Source: an uncultured Spirochaetota bacterium (lineage in GTDB: Bacteria; Spirochaetota; UBA4802; UBA5550). Taken from it: DNA of 64,000 bases. This document shows, in pieces, positions 50,346-59,899 of the stretch (positions within the stretch are counted from its first letter, which is position 1; each line of letters starts with the position of its first letter). The stretch spans positions 480,001 through 544,000 of the forward strand of contig CAWHAA010000004.1 of the NCBI GenBank assembly GCA_963827275.1. The letters run 5' to 3'. A program made the translations under genes and the position numbers. Below the pieces are notes generated by a model. It saw only the letters and a list, made by a program, of their open reading frames with translations, had not been told where the DNA came from and searched no databases.

Positions 50346-52196
50346 TCAGCGTATTATTTCGTTTCTGTTCCGCAGGGATTCAATCTCTCGGTTGATCATG
50401 GCCTTGATTTCCCGGTCCTTTCCCCCGCGCATGTATCCGAGCATCTCGATGATGTTCCTGGCGGACAGGACCCGCGGGACAAACACGTAATCGGCCCCTT
50501 CCGCGTACATCTTCAGGGCCCGCTCTATGCTCTCGGCGGTAACGATTATTTTCGCCTCCGGGCAGATTTCTTTCATATGCCTGATGATCCTCAGGTTATC
50601 GGTCCCAACGAGTATCGTGTCAGGTATGGTTGATATGACGATTTTCGCGTCATGGATGCCCGCGTGATGCAATGTGTCAGGGTGGCTGATGTCCCCGTAC
50701 ACGACCTTGATCCCCATGCTCTGGAGTGACTCGTGTATCTCCGGATTGAAATCCACGACTATTATCTTGTTCTTCAGCGGGATCCCGTCTGCGTCGTTGC
50801 CGGTTTCAATTATATCATGCAGCAGGGAGCTTGCGGTGCGGAAGAATCCGAGTATGGCGATCTCCCTGCTGTGTGCCGCTCCATCCTTCTCTTCCGCGGA
50901 TTTGATCTCCCTGAATCCGATTTTTTTCAGCAGGGACGCCCCGCCTTTCTGGATGGCGTCGCTGTATTTAATCATGTAGGTCGATACGATCGAGGTGATG
51001 ACGAAGACGAATATTATTATCGACATCGTGTCGCGTGAAATATGGCCGGCCGTCACGCCGAGGGCGGCGATGACCAGCGAGAATTCGCTGATCTGGGCGA
51101 GGTTGATGGGCGTCAGGAGGCTTACGCGAAGGCCGTTTTTCAATGAATAGAGTACGGGGAAGACGGCCAGGAACCGGGACGCTATTAAAAACAGCGATAC
51201 AACCGCGGCCGTTGCGAGTATCGCGGTATTATCGAGCGGGTTGGGTATCTGCATGCCCAGCGACACGAAAAAGAGCGTGACGAAAAAATCCCTGATATTG
51301 ACCACCTTCGCAATAACGTCGAGGTTGTAGGGAAAGGTTGATATCGAAACGCCCGCGATCAGCGCCCCCATTTCGAGGGAGAGGTTCAGGAAATTCGCCG
51401 CGCCGCAGACCAGGAAGCACCATCCAAGCGAGGAAACAAGCACAAGCTCCGGGACCTTTGCGACCGACTTGAATACCCGGGGTAATATATATTTGCTGAT
51501 CAGCATGCTGACTGCGACGAGGAGCAATCCCCTGCCGAAGGAGAGCAGAATCTGGACAATGTCGGGGTTTGCCAGGTTCGGCTGTATGCCCAGAAGAAGT
51601 ATTGCCCAGAGGTCCTGGAACACGAGGATCCCCAGCGTAAGCCTGCCGGCCAGCGTGTCCAGCTCGAATTTTCCATACAGAAGCTTGACGACTATCGCGG
51701 TACTGCTGAGGCCGCAGCACGTGGCCAGGTAAAGGAGGTCATAGGTGCCCGTGCCCAGAGTGTAACCCATCAGGAGGAAAAATCCAATGCCGAGGGCCAG
51801 CGTTAAAGGGAATTGGGTGAGTCCACCGATGATGAGTGATTTTCCCGATTCTTTCAGCTTCTTAATGTCTATCTCGAGTCCGATCAGGAAAAGGAGCAGT
51901 ATGAGGCCGAAATGGGATATTGTTTCGATGTCATGAGCGTTCTGTATGAGCCCCAACCCCATGGCGGGCCCGATCACTATTCCGGCTGCCAGGTATGCCA
52001 GGAGGAGCGGCTGCTTGAGAAGGTGGCCGAGGTACGCCATGACAGTAGCCGCAAGTATTGCTATGCCGACGCCGCTGATCATGGTGTCGCCCCTGCCGCC
52101 CTCCGATTCGGCTGCGGTCAGTGATGCAGCCAGGGTCAGTAGCATTATTATTGTATATAAAAGGCAATAACGGATCGGTTCTGATGTTGTCCTCAT
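50346..52196 (-). CDS. CPA2 (Kef-type) cation:proton antiporter with TrkA-N domain
   Basis: LLFLIGLE, SSTAIVVK, GILVFQD, AQISEFS, VVDFNP...YGD. Confidence 0.92.
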   Translation of the reverse strand: MRTTSEPIRYCLLYTIIMLLTLAASLTAAESEGGRGDTMISGVGIAILAATVMAYLGHLLKQPLLLAYLAAGIVIGPAMGLGLIQNAHDIETISHFGLILLLFLIGLEIDIKKLKESGKSLIIGGLTQFPLTLALGIGFFLLMGYTLGTGTYDLLYLATCCGLSSTAIVVKLLYGKFELDTLAGRLTLGILVFQDLWAILLLGIQPNLANPDIVQILLSFGRGLLLVAVSMLISKYILPRVFKSVAKVPELVLVSSLGWCFLVCGAANFLNLSLEMGALIAGVSISTFPYNLDVIAKVVNIRDFFVTLFFVSLGMQIPNPLDNTAILATAAVVSLFLIASRFLAVFPVLYSLKNGLRVSLLTPINLAQISEFSLVIAALGVTAGHISRDTMSIIIFVFVITSIVSTYMIKYSDAIQKGGASLLKKIGFREIKSAEEKDGAAHSREIAILGFFRTASSLLHDIIETGNDADGIPLKNKIIVVDFNPEIHESLQSMGIKVVYGDISHPDTLHHAGIHDAKIVISTIPDTILVGTDNLRIIRHMKEICPEAKIIVTAESIERALKMYAEGADYVFVPRVLSARNIIEMLGYMRGGKDREIKAMINREIESLRNRNEIIR

Positions 52197-52205
52197 GGTG
52201 CCTCC

Positions 52206-52616
52206 TCAATGCAGGTTCGGGTTTTCTTTTTGCTTCATCAGAAATGACTTGAATCGTTCAGATTGCACTATGGCCCTGCAGGTAAAGAGCGAAATGGTAA
52301 AGGCCAGGTAGAAATACCCGAAAAAAACCTGTGTTGCTGCGATGATCTTGCCGCCCATGGTCGCCGGTATTATATCACCGTATCCCACGGTCGTCTGGGA
52401 TGTTATGCTGAAGTAAAAATGGTCCAGGTAGGAGGTCGTGTGGCTTAGTGCCGGCTCGCAGGTGTTGTATTTCAGCGATGGGGCCCCCTCAAAAAAGGGG
52501 AGCATCAGGTAATAGCAGAGTGAATAGATCACCGCTGTGCCGAGATACAAACAGATTACCAGGTATGTGCTCCGGGGATTATTGATGATATTCCACGCAT
52601 TGATCTTCATGGTCAT
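52206..52616 (-). CDS. two-TM potassium channel pore protein (Ion_trans_2)
   Basis: YFSITSQTTVGYGDIIP selectivity filter. Confidence 0.9.
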   Translation of the reverse strand: MTMKINAWNIINNPRSTYLVICLYLGTAVIYSLCYYLMLPFFEGAPSLKYNTCEPALSHTTSYLDHFYFSITSQTTVGYGDIIPATMGGKIIAATQVFFGYFYLAFTISLFTCRAIVQSERFKSFLMKQKENPNLH

Positions 52617-52836
52617 GCTTCCTGTTTTGTGGATTGTTTTCTATAGTATCTATCGTCAGGCGGTGAAAAGTGATTAATATACAAAAATAAAATAATAGAC
52701 ATTAATGTCCTGATATATTAATTTGTTTGTATGGCTTCCTTGTGTTAATGAGGAAGGCCATCTTGTCGCAATGTTCTCTTGGTTTTTCATGCAGCCGGTT
52801 CAGGTAATGATTAAAATCAATTACAAAGGAGCAAGC

Positions 52837-53703
52837 ATGCTGCTGCCTCCGCGAAGAATCCTGCTCGCAACAGACCTGAGCGCTCGAAGCGATCGGGCAC
52901 AGGACCGGGCCGTATCGCTCATGAAGATGTGGAATTCCGAGCTTGTGGCCCTCCATGTCCTGGAGGCGCCGAATGAAATCGGCGGAATCGCCCACATCCC
53001 TTTTTTCCCCTATCACAGGCCCAATGACCGGCGCATATTTAAGGCGCGGAATCAATTGCTTGAATCCATTGGCGATATCGGTCCGCGCATAACCGTGCGC
53101 ATCGAGGAAGGCGTGCCGCATGAGGCTATCATCCGGATTTCAGAGGAGGAGGGGTGTGATCTCATCGTCTGCGGCGTCGCGCGCAACGAGGTCCTCGGGC
53201 GCTTCACGCTGGGGAAAACGGCCGATCGTCTCATGCGCAAATCGGACAGGTCTATGCTGGTGGTGACCGAGCGTGTTCTGGCGCCCTACCGGAAAATCGT
53301 GGCAATAACCGACTTGTCGGAAGAATCGAAAAGGGCGATCGAGGTCGCTTCGAACTGGTTTCCCGAGCAGATGCTATCGGTATTGTACGCGTATTCCGCT
53401 CCCCGCTCGTCCTCGGTTGATAATATCGACGACTATCGAGAAAAGATGCGTCAGGTGGCGCAGCGCGATCTCATAAAATTTCTTGATTCGGCTGACGTGG
53501 CCGTTGAACGGCGCGCGCGCATCACTATGCTGGTCGAATTCGGGAAGGCAACAACCCTCATCAATGGCCTGCTTCAATTTTCCGATGTGGGGCTGGTTGT
53601 CGCGGGTCTGCACAGACGCGGTTTTTTATTCGATGCCGTTTTCGACAGTGAGGCAAAGCGCATCATATCCTCCCTTTCCTGTGATGCCTTGATCGTCCGA
53701 TGA
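52837..53703 (+). CDS. universal stress protein (tandem USP domains)
   Basis: ILLATDLS, DLIVCG...LGKTA, second domain IVAITDLS; AAGGAG RBS. Confidence 0.9.
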   Translation: MLLPPRRILLATDLSARSDRAQDRAVSLMKMWNSELVALHVLEAPNEIGGIAHIPFFPYHRPNDRRIFKARNQLLESIGDIGPRITVRIEEGVPHEAIIRISEEEGCDLIVCGVARNEVLGRFTLGKTADRLMRKSDRSMLVVTERVLAPYRKIVAITDLSEESKRAIEVASNWFPEQMLSVLYAYSAPRSSSVDNIDDYREKMRQVAQRDLIKFLDSADVAVERRARITMLVEFGKATTLINGLLQFSDVGLVVAGLHRRGFLFDAVFDSEAKRIISSLSCDALIVR

Positions 53704-53829
53704 AACTGCATGTGGAGTGCTGCTATACGGCCCATGCGTGGGTCTGTGCGCCAGCTGCCGATTGTAACGGTCGTCGGTCCAGGAAGCAATAATACGTTTT
53801 GCCTTTTTGCTGTCACGGATATAATCGGA

Positions 53830-55524
53830 ATGACTATGAACGAATACAATGTATTGATGACATTCGTCGGAAGCCTGGCGGCCGCACTGGTTCTCGGATA
53901 TTTGGCCCAGTGGCTGAAAATATCACCCATCGTCGGCTACCTCCTGGCCGGCATAGCCGTTGGCCCGTTTACTCCCGGCTTCACGGCACAGCAGGCGATT
54001 GCCCATCAGTTCGCGGAAATCGGCGTGATCCTTCTGCTTTTCGGCATAGGGCTGAGGTTCCATCTCCGCGAGCTGGCCGCCGTATGGCGGATCGCGGTGC
54101 CGGGCGCAATAATCCAGAGCGCTTTTTCAACTGCGGTGATGGCGGGCTTGTTGCACCTGCTTGGCTGGAGCTGGAGCTCCGGGGTCGTCCTCGGCCTCGC
54201 GATTTCTGTCGCGAGCACTGTCGTCATGGCCCTTGTGCTTGCGGAGCGGCACGACCTGCACGCGCCCATAGGACACATCGCCATTGGGTGGACGGTCGTT
54301 GAGGACATCCTCACCGTTGCATACCTTCTTCTCCTTCCGATTGTTTTTTCCGGCGATGGCGCTGGCGGCAGGGAGGCGGGATGGGCGCTCGCGATAACCG
54401 CGCTAAAAATTATCGGTTTGGCCGGCTCTGTTGTTGTCCTCGGCCGCTGGGTTATTCCATGGGCGCTGGAACGAATAGCGGTTACCCGTTCGCGTGAATT
54501 GTTTACTCTGTCAGTCCTGGTCATTGCCATGGGCATTGCTGTCGGGTCCTCGAAACTTTTCGGTGTTTCCATGGCCCTAGGGGCTTTTCTTGCGGGACTC
54601 GCGGTCGGCCGATCGGAATTCGCCGCCCGGGCCGGCGGTGATGCCCTGCCGATGCGCGACGCTTTCGCCGTGCTCTTCTTTGTTTCCATCGGTATGATGT
54701 TTGATCCCCGAAGTCTCGTAAACGAGGCGTTGGTCATTGTCGTTGTTCTATCGGTAGTGCTCGTCGGCAAGCCGCTTTCCACCTTGCTTACGGTACGCAT
54801 CCTTGGCAGACCGCTGTCAACAGCAATTCCCGTCGGCGCGGCCCTTTCGCAGGTGGGGGAATTCAGCTTCATTCTCGGGGTCGTCGCCAGGGATCTCAAC
54901 CTGTTGAGTGAAGCCGGCTGGAATGCAATGATAGCCGCGTCAATTATATCAATTGCTCTTAATCCATCAATTTACCGGTTTGCGCGGCGTATCTCTTCAC
55001 GGGCGGCAAAAAGCGTGCCTCCCGCCGGTGAGCGGCCGGCGGTCGATCCCCGGAAGTGCATTCTGGTCGGCTACGGGCCGGTCGGCAAAACCGTGCACCG
55101 CCTCCTGGCCGAACGCGGCGCGGTACTAACGGTAATAGAATTGAATCTTGATACGGTCCGCCGCCTGAAGGCCGAAGGATGCAATGCTCTCTATGGCGAC
55201 GTATTAAGACAGGGGACGCTGGAAGAGGCGGGCATAGCCGAGTCAGGAAGTCTCATTATTTCAGCCGATGTCGATGATGCGGCGGAGATCGTCAGACGGG
55301 CGTGCATTCTGAACAAGGACCTGCGTATTCTCGTGCGGTGCGCGCATCTCCGCGATGTCCCGGCTATCCGGAAAGCGGGGGCGACGGTTGTGGCTGCGGG
55401 TGAAGTTGAAGTGGCGGTTGCGCTTGCCGAAGCGGTTATCGAGGAGCATGGTTTGGATAACGGTGTTATGGCCGTGCGGCGTAAGGACATTCGCAGGGGC
55501 CTGTATGAGCCCTCTTCTGACTGA
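53830..55524 (+). CDS. YbaL-like Kef-type cation:proton antiporter with TrkA-N domain
   Basis: VGYLLAG..VGPFTPG, AEIGVILLLFGIGL, SVASTVV, MRDAFAVLFFVS, QVGEFSF, LVGYGPVG. Confidence 0.92.
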   Translation: MTMNEYNVLMTFVGSLAAALVLGYLAQWLKISPIVGYLLAGIAVGPFTPGFTAQQAIAHQFAEIGVILLLFGIGLRFHLRELAAVWRIAVPGAIIQSAFSTAVMAGLLHLLGWSWSSGVVLGLAISVASTVVMALVLAERHDLHAPIGHIAIGWTVVEDILTVAYLLLLPIVFSGDGAGGREAGWALAITALKIIGLAGSVVVLGRWVIPWALERIAVTRSRELFTLSVLVIAMGIAVGSSKLFGVSMALGAFLAGLAVGRSEFAARAGGDALPMRDAFAVLFFVSIGMMFDPRSLVNEALVIVVVLSVVLVGKPLSTLLTVRILGRPLSTAIPVGAALSQVGEFSFILGVVARDLNLLSEAGWNAMIAASIISIALNPSIYRFARRISSRAAKSVPPAGERPAVDPRKCILVGYGPVGKTVHRLLAERGAVLTVIELNLDTVRRLKAEGCNALYGDVLRQGTLEEAGIAESGSLIISADVDDAAEIVRRACILNKDLRILVRCAHLRDVPAIRKAGATVVAAGEVEVAVALAEAVIEEHGLDNGVMAVRRKDIRRGLYEPSSD

Positions 55525-55528
55525 TTAT

Positions 55529-55587
55529 TTACTCTGACTCCCGCAATCACCTGCAATGATACCGATAGTTATCGGTAAGAAAAGCAG
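55529..55587. repeat. A-spacer-B unit, direct repeat of 50240-50296
   Basis: 45 of 50 aligned positions identical to 50240-50288, including the spacer. Confidence 0.9.
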
Positions 55588-55732
55588 CAGTACTGTCATA
55601 AACCTGATTGTTTCGAATAAAATGTCGGTTATTTGGGACAGTTATAAAATACTTCTTGAAAATTCACCTTATACGCTGACCATCACCCCTGTCATTAAGA
55701 ATCCATCAGACGGCCACGGCCGCGGAGAAAGC

Positions 55733-56500
55733 ATGATCACACTCGGCATCGACATCGGTTCAATCACCACCAAGGCGGCGGTCGTAAAGGACGGGAAGCT
55801 CCTCGGGACGCGGGTGGGCTTTACCGGCTACAATATCGAAAAGGCCTGGCGGCACGTCACGGAAGAGCTCCTCGGCGGGCTGGGGCTTGAATTTTCCTCA
55901 CTGGAGAAGATCGTCTCCACCGGTTACGGCAGGGCAAGTGTCGAGCCGGCCCACAAGTCTGTCACCGAGATCACCTGTCATGCCGCGGGGGCGCATTTCT
56001 GCGCGCCGCACATCCGTTCCATCATTGATATCGGCGGCCAGGACTCGAAATCGATCGTCCTCGACGAGAATGGGAAAGTAAAGGATTTCGTCATGAATGA
56101 CAAGTGCGCGGCCGGCACCGGTCGCTTCCTCGAGGTCATGGCGCGGGCGCTGCAGATTGATCTTGAGGATTTCGGCGATATCTCCCTCATGGCGGAAAAG
56201 CCGGGGAAGATATCGAGCCTCTGCACGGTGTTTGCCGAGTCGGAGGTCATCTCCCTCATCTCCCGGGGGGAGTCGCGTGAAAATATCGTTGCCGGCATCC
56301 ACGAGTCGATCGCGATGCGGATCTCGGCCATGGCCAACCGTGTGGGCGTGCGGCCGCCGCTCATGATGACCGGCGGCGTGGCCAAGAATGTCGGCGTGGT
56401 GAGGGCGCTGGAGAAGAAGCTCGGCATGCCGATTGAAGTGTCGGAGCACGCGCAGGTGATGGGCGCCATCGGCGCGGCGGTGCTGGCCAGGGATGTGTGA
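55733..56500 (+). CDS. 2-hydroxyacyl-CoA dehydratase activase (HgdC/BadG-like ASKHA ATPase)
   Basis: GIDIGSITTK, STGYGR, IDIGGQDSK, MNDKCAAGTGRF, CTVFAESE, TGGVAKN. Confidence 0.93.
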   Translation: MITLGIDIGSITTKAAVVKDGKLLGTRVGFTGYNIEKAWRHVTEELLGGLGLEFSSLEKIVSTGYGRASVEPAHKSVTEITCHAAGAHFCAPHIRSIIDIGGQDSKSIVLDENGKVKDFVMNDKCAAGTGRFLEVMARALQIDLEDFGDISLMAEKPGKISSLCTVFAESEVISLISRGESRENIVAGIHESIAMRISAMANRVGVRPPLMMTGGVAKNVGVVRALEKKLGMPIEVSEHAQVMGAIGAAVLARDV

Positions 56501-58072
56501 TTACTCCGGGTACCCGGTGATTTCGTGGATCCTCCTGAAGAGCGGCTTCAACCGCGGGTATATGTCCCGGTACACCTTCCGGTAGAGCTCGTCGTAGAGG
56601 CGGTGGTTTTCCGGTATCGGATCGAACACGTCCCGGAGACGCGTCATGGCCCTCACCGCTTCCGGGAAGCCGGGATAGAGACGGAGCCCCACGGCCGCGT
56701 TGATGGCCGCACCCAGCGCCGATGTCTCGTAGGTGTGGGGGCGCTCCGCCGGGAGGCCGAATACATCGGCCGTTATGCGCATCGCCATGTCGCTCTGCGA
56801 CCCGCCGCCCGAAACCCGGAGGCGTGAGATGGGCGTCTTCGTTTTCTTTACCGTGAACTCCGATCCTTCGCGCAGGGCGTACACCAGTCCCTCGAGTATA
56901 GAACGGTAGAGGTACGCGCGGTTGTGCACGTCGCCGAAGCCTATGATCGAACCTTTCGCGTAGGGGTCCATGTTCGACCCGGGCGACCAGTAGGGCTGGA
57001 GCATAAGCCCCATTGACCCGGCCGGCGTGTTCCGTATCAATTCGTCGAAGAGCTTTTCCGGCGCGACGCGCTTCTTCTCCGCGATCTCCTTTTCCCTGAG
57101 GCCGAATTCCTCCCTGAACCAGCTCACCATCCAGAACCCGCGGTATACCATAACCTCCGTGTAATACGCGCCCGGCATCGCCGCAGGGTAAGGCGGCACC
57201 ATGGGAACAAGCTCGATATACCGGTTTGACACCGTGTTGAAGGTCGCGGTGGTGCCGAAGCTCATGCAGCCGATATCCGGCGTGAGGCTTCCTCCGCCGA
57301 GGATCTCGCATCCTTTGTCAGTCCCCGCGGCGAAGACGGGAAGGCCTGCCGGGATGCCGGTCTCGTGCGACGCGCGCCGGGTGATGCGCCCCATTTTCTC
57401 CGACGGCTTCACAAGGCAGGGCAGCTTTTCCCGCTCCACCTGGAAGAGCCGCCACTTGATGTCGTGCGGTCCGGCCCAATTGTATGTTTTACTGTTGAAC
57501 GGCAGGTAGCCGACGTTGTTGCTGGTAGAATCGGTGTACTCGCCCGTCAGCATGTAGGTGAAGAAGCCGGAGAGGTAAAGGTACTTGTGCGTCTTCTCCC
57601 ATATGTCCGGCTGGTGCTGGCGGATCCAGTTCGCCTCGCAGATTTCAGCAACGCCCTGGACAAGGTCAAGCTTGTTCACCGCGCGGAGCAGGGGCCGTGC
57701 GGCCGCGGGTATGATCCCGCTTGCGTCCGCCTTTCTCTGGTCCAGCCAGGTGATGGCCGGGCGGAGAGGCCTGCCGTCCGCGCCGAGATTAATCATCGTG
57801 GCGCGCTGGGTGGTAAGAGTGACGCCCGCTATCCGCTCTTTTGCCCGTCCGGCCTTTTTGAGGAGGCCGCGGCATGATGCGCAGAGCATGCGCCAGTAAT
57901 AGTCAGGGTCCTGTTCCGCCCATCCCGGATGTTCGGCGTAATAAGGCACGATAGTAGTCTTTACAATATTTACGATGTTCCCGCCGGTATCGATCAGAGC
58001 CGCCCGTATCGACTGGGTCCCGGCGTCGATGGCGAGTATCAGTTCTCCGCTCGTGGTCTTTTGTCCCTTCAT
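56501..58072 (-). CDS. FGGY-family carbohydrate kinase
   Basis: AIDAGTQS, GWAEQDP, WLDQR, SFGTTA, SGGGSQS, ETSALGAA. Confidence 0.92.
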   Translation of the reverse strand: MKGQKTTSGELILAIDAGTQSIRAALIDTGGNIVNIVKTTIVPYYAEHPGWAEQDPDYYWRMLCASCRGLLKKAGRAKERIAGVTLTTQRATMINLGADGRPLRPAITWLDQRKADASGIIPAAARPLLRAVNKLDLVQGVAEICEANWIRQHQPDIWEKTHKYLYLSGFFTYMLTGEYTDSTSNNVGYLPFNSKTYNWAGPHDIKWRLFQVEREKLPCLVKPSEKMGRITRRASHETGIPAGLPVFAAGTDKGCEILGGGSLTPDIGCMSFGTTATFNTVSNRYIELVPMVPPYPAAMPGAYYTEVMVYRGFWMVSWFREEFGLREKEIAEKKRVAPEKLFDELIRNTPAGSMGLMLQPYWSPGSNMDPYAKGSIIGFGDVHNRAYLYRSILEGLVYALREGSEFTVKKTKTPISRLRVSGGGSQSDMAMRITADVFGLPAERPHTYETSALGAAINAAVGLRLYPGFPEAVRAMTRLRDVFDPIPENHRLYDELYRKVYRDIYPRLKPLFRRIHEITGYPE

Positions 58073-58088
58073 GGCATTCTCCTTATAA

Positions 58089-58179
58089 TCCCTCCCCCTT
58101 GAAGAGGGAGGGCAGGGTGGGGGCGGGTCCACCTCGCTTTTTTTCACCCTCTCCCGGCCCCTCCCGTCAAGGGAGGGGA
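58089..58179. repeat. inverted pair of GC-rich REP-like palindromes
   Basis: TCCCTCCCCCTTGAAGAGGGAGGGCAGGGTGGGGG and the inverted ACCCTCTCCCGGCCCCTCCCGTCAAGGGAGGGGA. Confidence 0.7.
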
Positions 58180-58194
58180 AACGGCGGCTTTAGC

Positions 58195-59886
58195 TTAATC
58201 GAGTCCGAGCGTGCCGCCCGGGTTCATGATTTTATTCGGGTCAAAGTGCTTCTTAAGTGTGCGGATCACGGCCATCTGATTCTTCCCGATGTGGGACTCA
58301 AGCCAGGGAGCGATCATCCTCCCCATGCCATGGTGGTGGCTCGGGGAACCGCCGTGCCTGGTGATGGCTTCTATCACGTTGCGCTGGAAGTCAATGTATG
58401 ATTTCACGCTGTCCATCTTCATGATGAATATGAAATAGAGGTTCGTGCCCTGGGGATAGAAATGGGACGCGTGGGTCATGCAGATGGTGCCGGGCCGCTT
58501 CTTGATGAAGGCCCGCACCCCCTGGTGCAGCCGGTGCAGGTTGTCCCAGGTCACGGCTGTTTCAAGGGTATCGGTTACGATGCCGAAATCGCTTAAATCC
58601 TCCCGCATGTAGGGCTTGTGGAAGCGGGTCTTTTCCCATTTCTTTGTCGCGAAACCGGTAAGGGACATGGCGCCGTGCCTTGAACAGATTTTTCCTATCA
58701 TTTTTTTCACATGGCGCGCATATCCTTTCTCGCCTTCTGCCGTGGCGATCAGCATGCACCGCTGCATCGGCTTATAGCCGCGCAGGCGCATGAAGTGGTC
58801 GATGGCAGTGCCGTGGATGCCGAAGAGCTTTAGTCCCACGTCGGTCTCTTCCGGGTCGGATATGCGGTACACGGCGGGCATGCCGAACTCGCCCTGCATC
58901 ACTTCGCGGCTCGCATCGACCGCCGCCTCCCAGGTCGGGAACATGTAGGAGAGGCGCTGACGGTTCGCCGGCATGTACCGGAATATCTTCATGGTTACTT
59001 CCACCAGGATGCCGAAGGTCCCCTCGCTTCCTTTCATGACGTCGTTTACCTTGGGGCCCGTGGCAGTGCCGGGGTAGTCGAGGGTCCTGATATCGCCGAC
59101 CGGCGTCACGTATTCGCCGCTCAGCATGATGTCGCAGGCATCACCGTAGTAGGTCGATGCCTGGCCTGAACCCAGGGTCACGACCCATCCTCCGACCGAG
59201 GAGTATTCAAAGGACTCGGGGAAGTGTCCGCAGGTGTAGGCGTGCTTCGTGCCGTACTGCTCGCGCGCCCGGTTCAGCGCCTCTTCGTATGCGGGCCCGA
59301 ACATGCCGGCCTGGACAACGGCGGTGTGGTTCGTTTCGTTGATGCTGATGAGCTTGTTCATGTGGGTCCCCGTCACCAGGGTCACGCCGCCGCGCCTGGG
59401 CCTGAGGCCCAGTGTCACGGATGACCCGCCGCCGTAGACATAGACGGGGATCTTCCTTTTATTGCAATGGGCCACGATCGCGCGAACGTCATCCTTGGAG
59501 CGGGGATGGAGCACCACGTCGGTCACGGTGCCGATCTTTTTGCTGCGGAGTTCCAGGGCCTCCTCCATGGTCTTGCCCCGGCTGTAGCGGAGGCGGCTGT
59601 AGGCATCGAGGGCCACGTTTTCCTTTCCGACGATCCTCTCGAAGGCCCTGATGTCCGTCAGGGCGATCCGCATCTTCTGCGTGACCGATACCTGCTCCAG
59701 GCCCTCCTGCTTTTTTTTTCTGAACTCGTCGTCGGTCATGCCGAACTCTTCTTTCATCATGCTGTACCAGGCGTTGCTCGGGTGTTCGAAGCCGTCCGGC
59801 GCGCCCCATTTGAATATCGAGCGGTAGGACCCTTTCGGCGGCGCGGTCTCGGTCCAGTCCGGGATAAATCCATTATGCTTTGACAT
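58195..59886 (-). CDS. FAD-linked oxidase, alkyl-dihydroxyacetonephosphate synthase-like
   Basis: YGGGSSV, GHFPESFEYSSVGGWV, GSEGTFG, HASHFYPQG, SHHHGMG, FDPNKIMNPG. Confidence 0.88.
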   Translation of the reverse strand: MSKHNGFIPDWTETAPPKGSYRSIFKWGAPDGFEHPSNAWYSMMKEEFGMTDDEFRKKKQEGLEQVSVTQKMRIALTDIRAFERIVGKENVALDAYSRLRYSRGKTMEEALELRSKKIGTVTDVVLHPRSKDDVRAIVAHCNKRKIPVYVYGGGSSVTLGLRPRRGGVTLVTGTHMNKLISINETNHTAVVQAGMFGPAYEEALNRAREQYGTKHAYTCGHFPESFEYSSVGGWVVTLGSGQASTYYGDACDIMLSGEYVTPVGDIRTLDYPGTATGPKVNDVMKGSEGTFGILVEVTMKIFRYMPANRQRLSYMFPTWEAAVDASREVMQGEFGMPAVYRISDPEETDVGLKLFGIHGTAIDHFMRLRGYKPMQRCMLIATAEGEKGYARHVKKMIGKICSRHGAMSLTGFATKKWEKTRFHKPYMREDLSDFGIVTDTLETAVTWDNLHRLHQGVRAFIKKRPGTICMTHASHFYPQGTNLYFIFIMKMDSVKSYIDFQRNVIEAITRHGGSPSHHHGMGRMIAPWLESHIGKNQMAVIRTLKKHFDPNKIMNPGGTLGLD

Positions 59887-59899
59887 GGTTTGTTCTCCC

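Noticed and set aside
52652..52678. Possible sigma28 promoter (TAAT-N15-GACGATAG) for the K+ channel gene
   Set aside because: Mismatches in both boxes and no flagellar context; too weak to call.
55556..55732. N-terminal extension of the activase ORF (MIPIVIGK...)
   Set aside because: It is a translation of the repeat and intergenic DNA; homology and the RBS start at 55733. ORF-track extensions at 442, 52723, 53710 and 58147 were trimmed for the same kind of reason.
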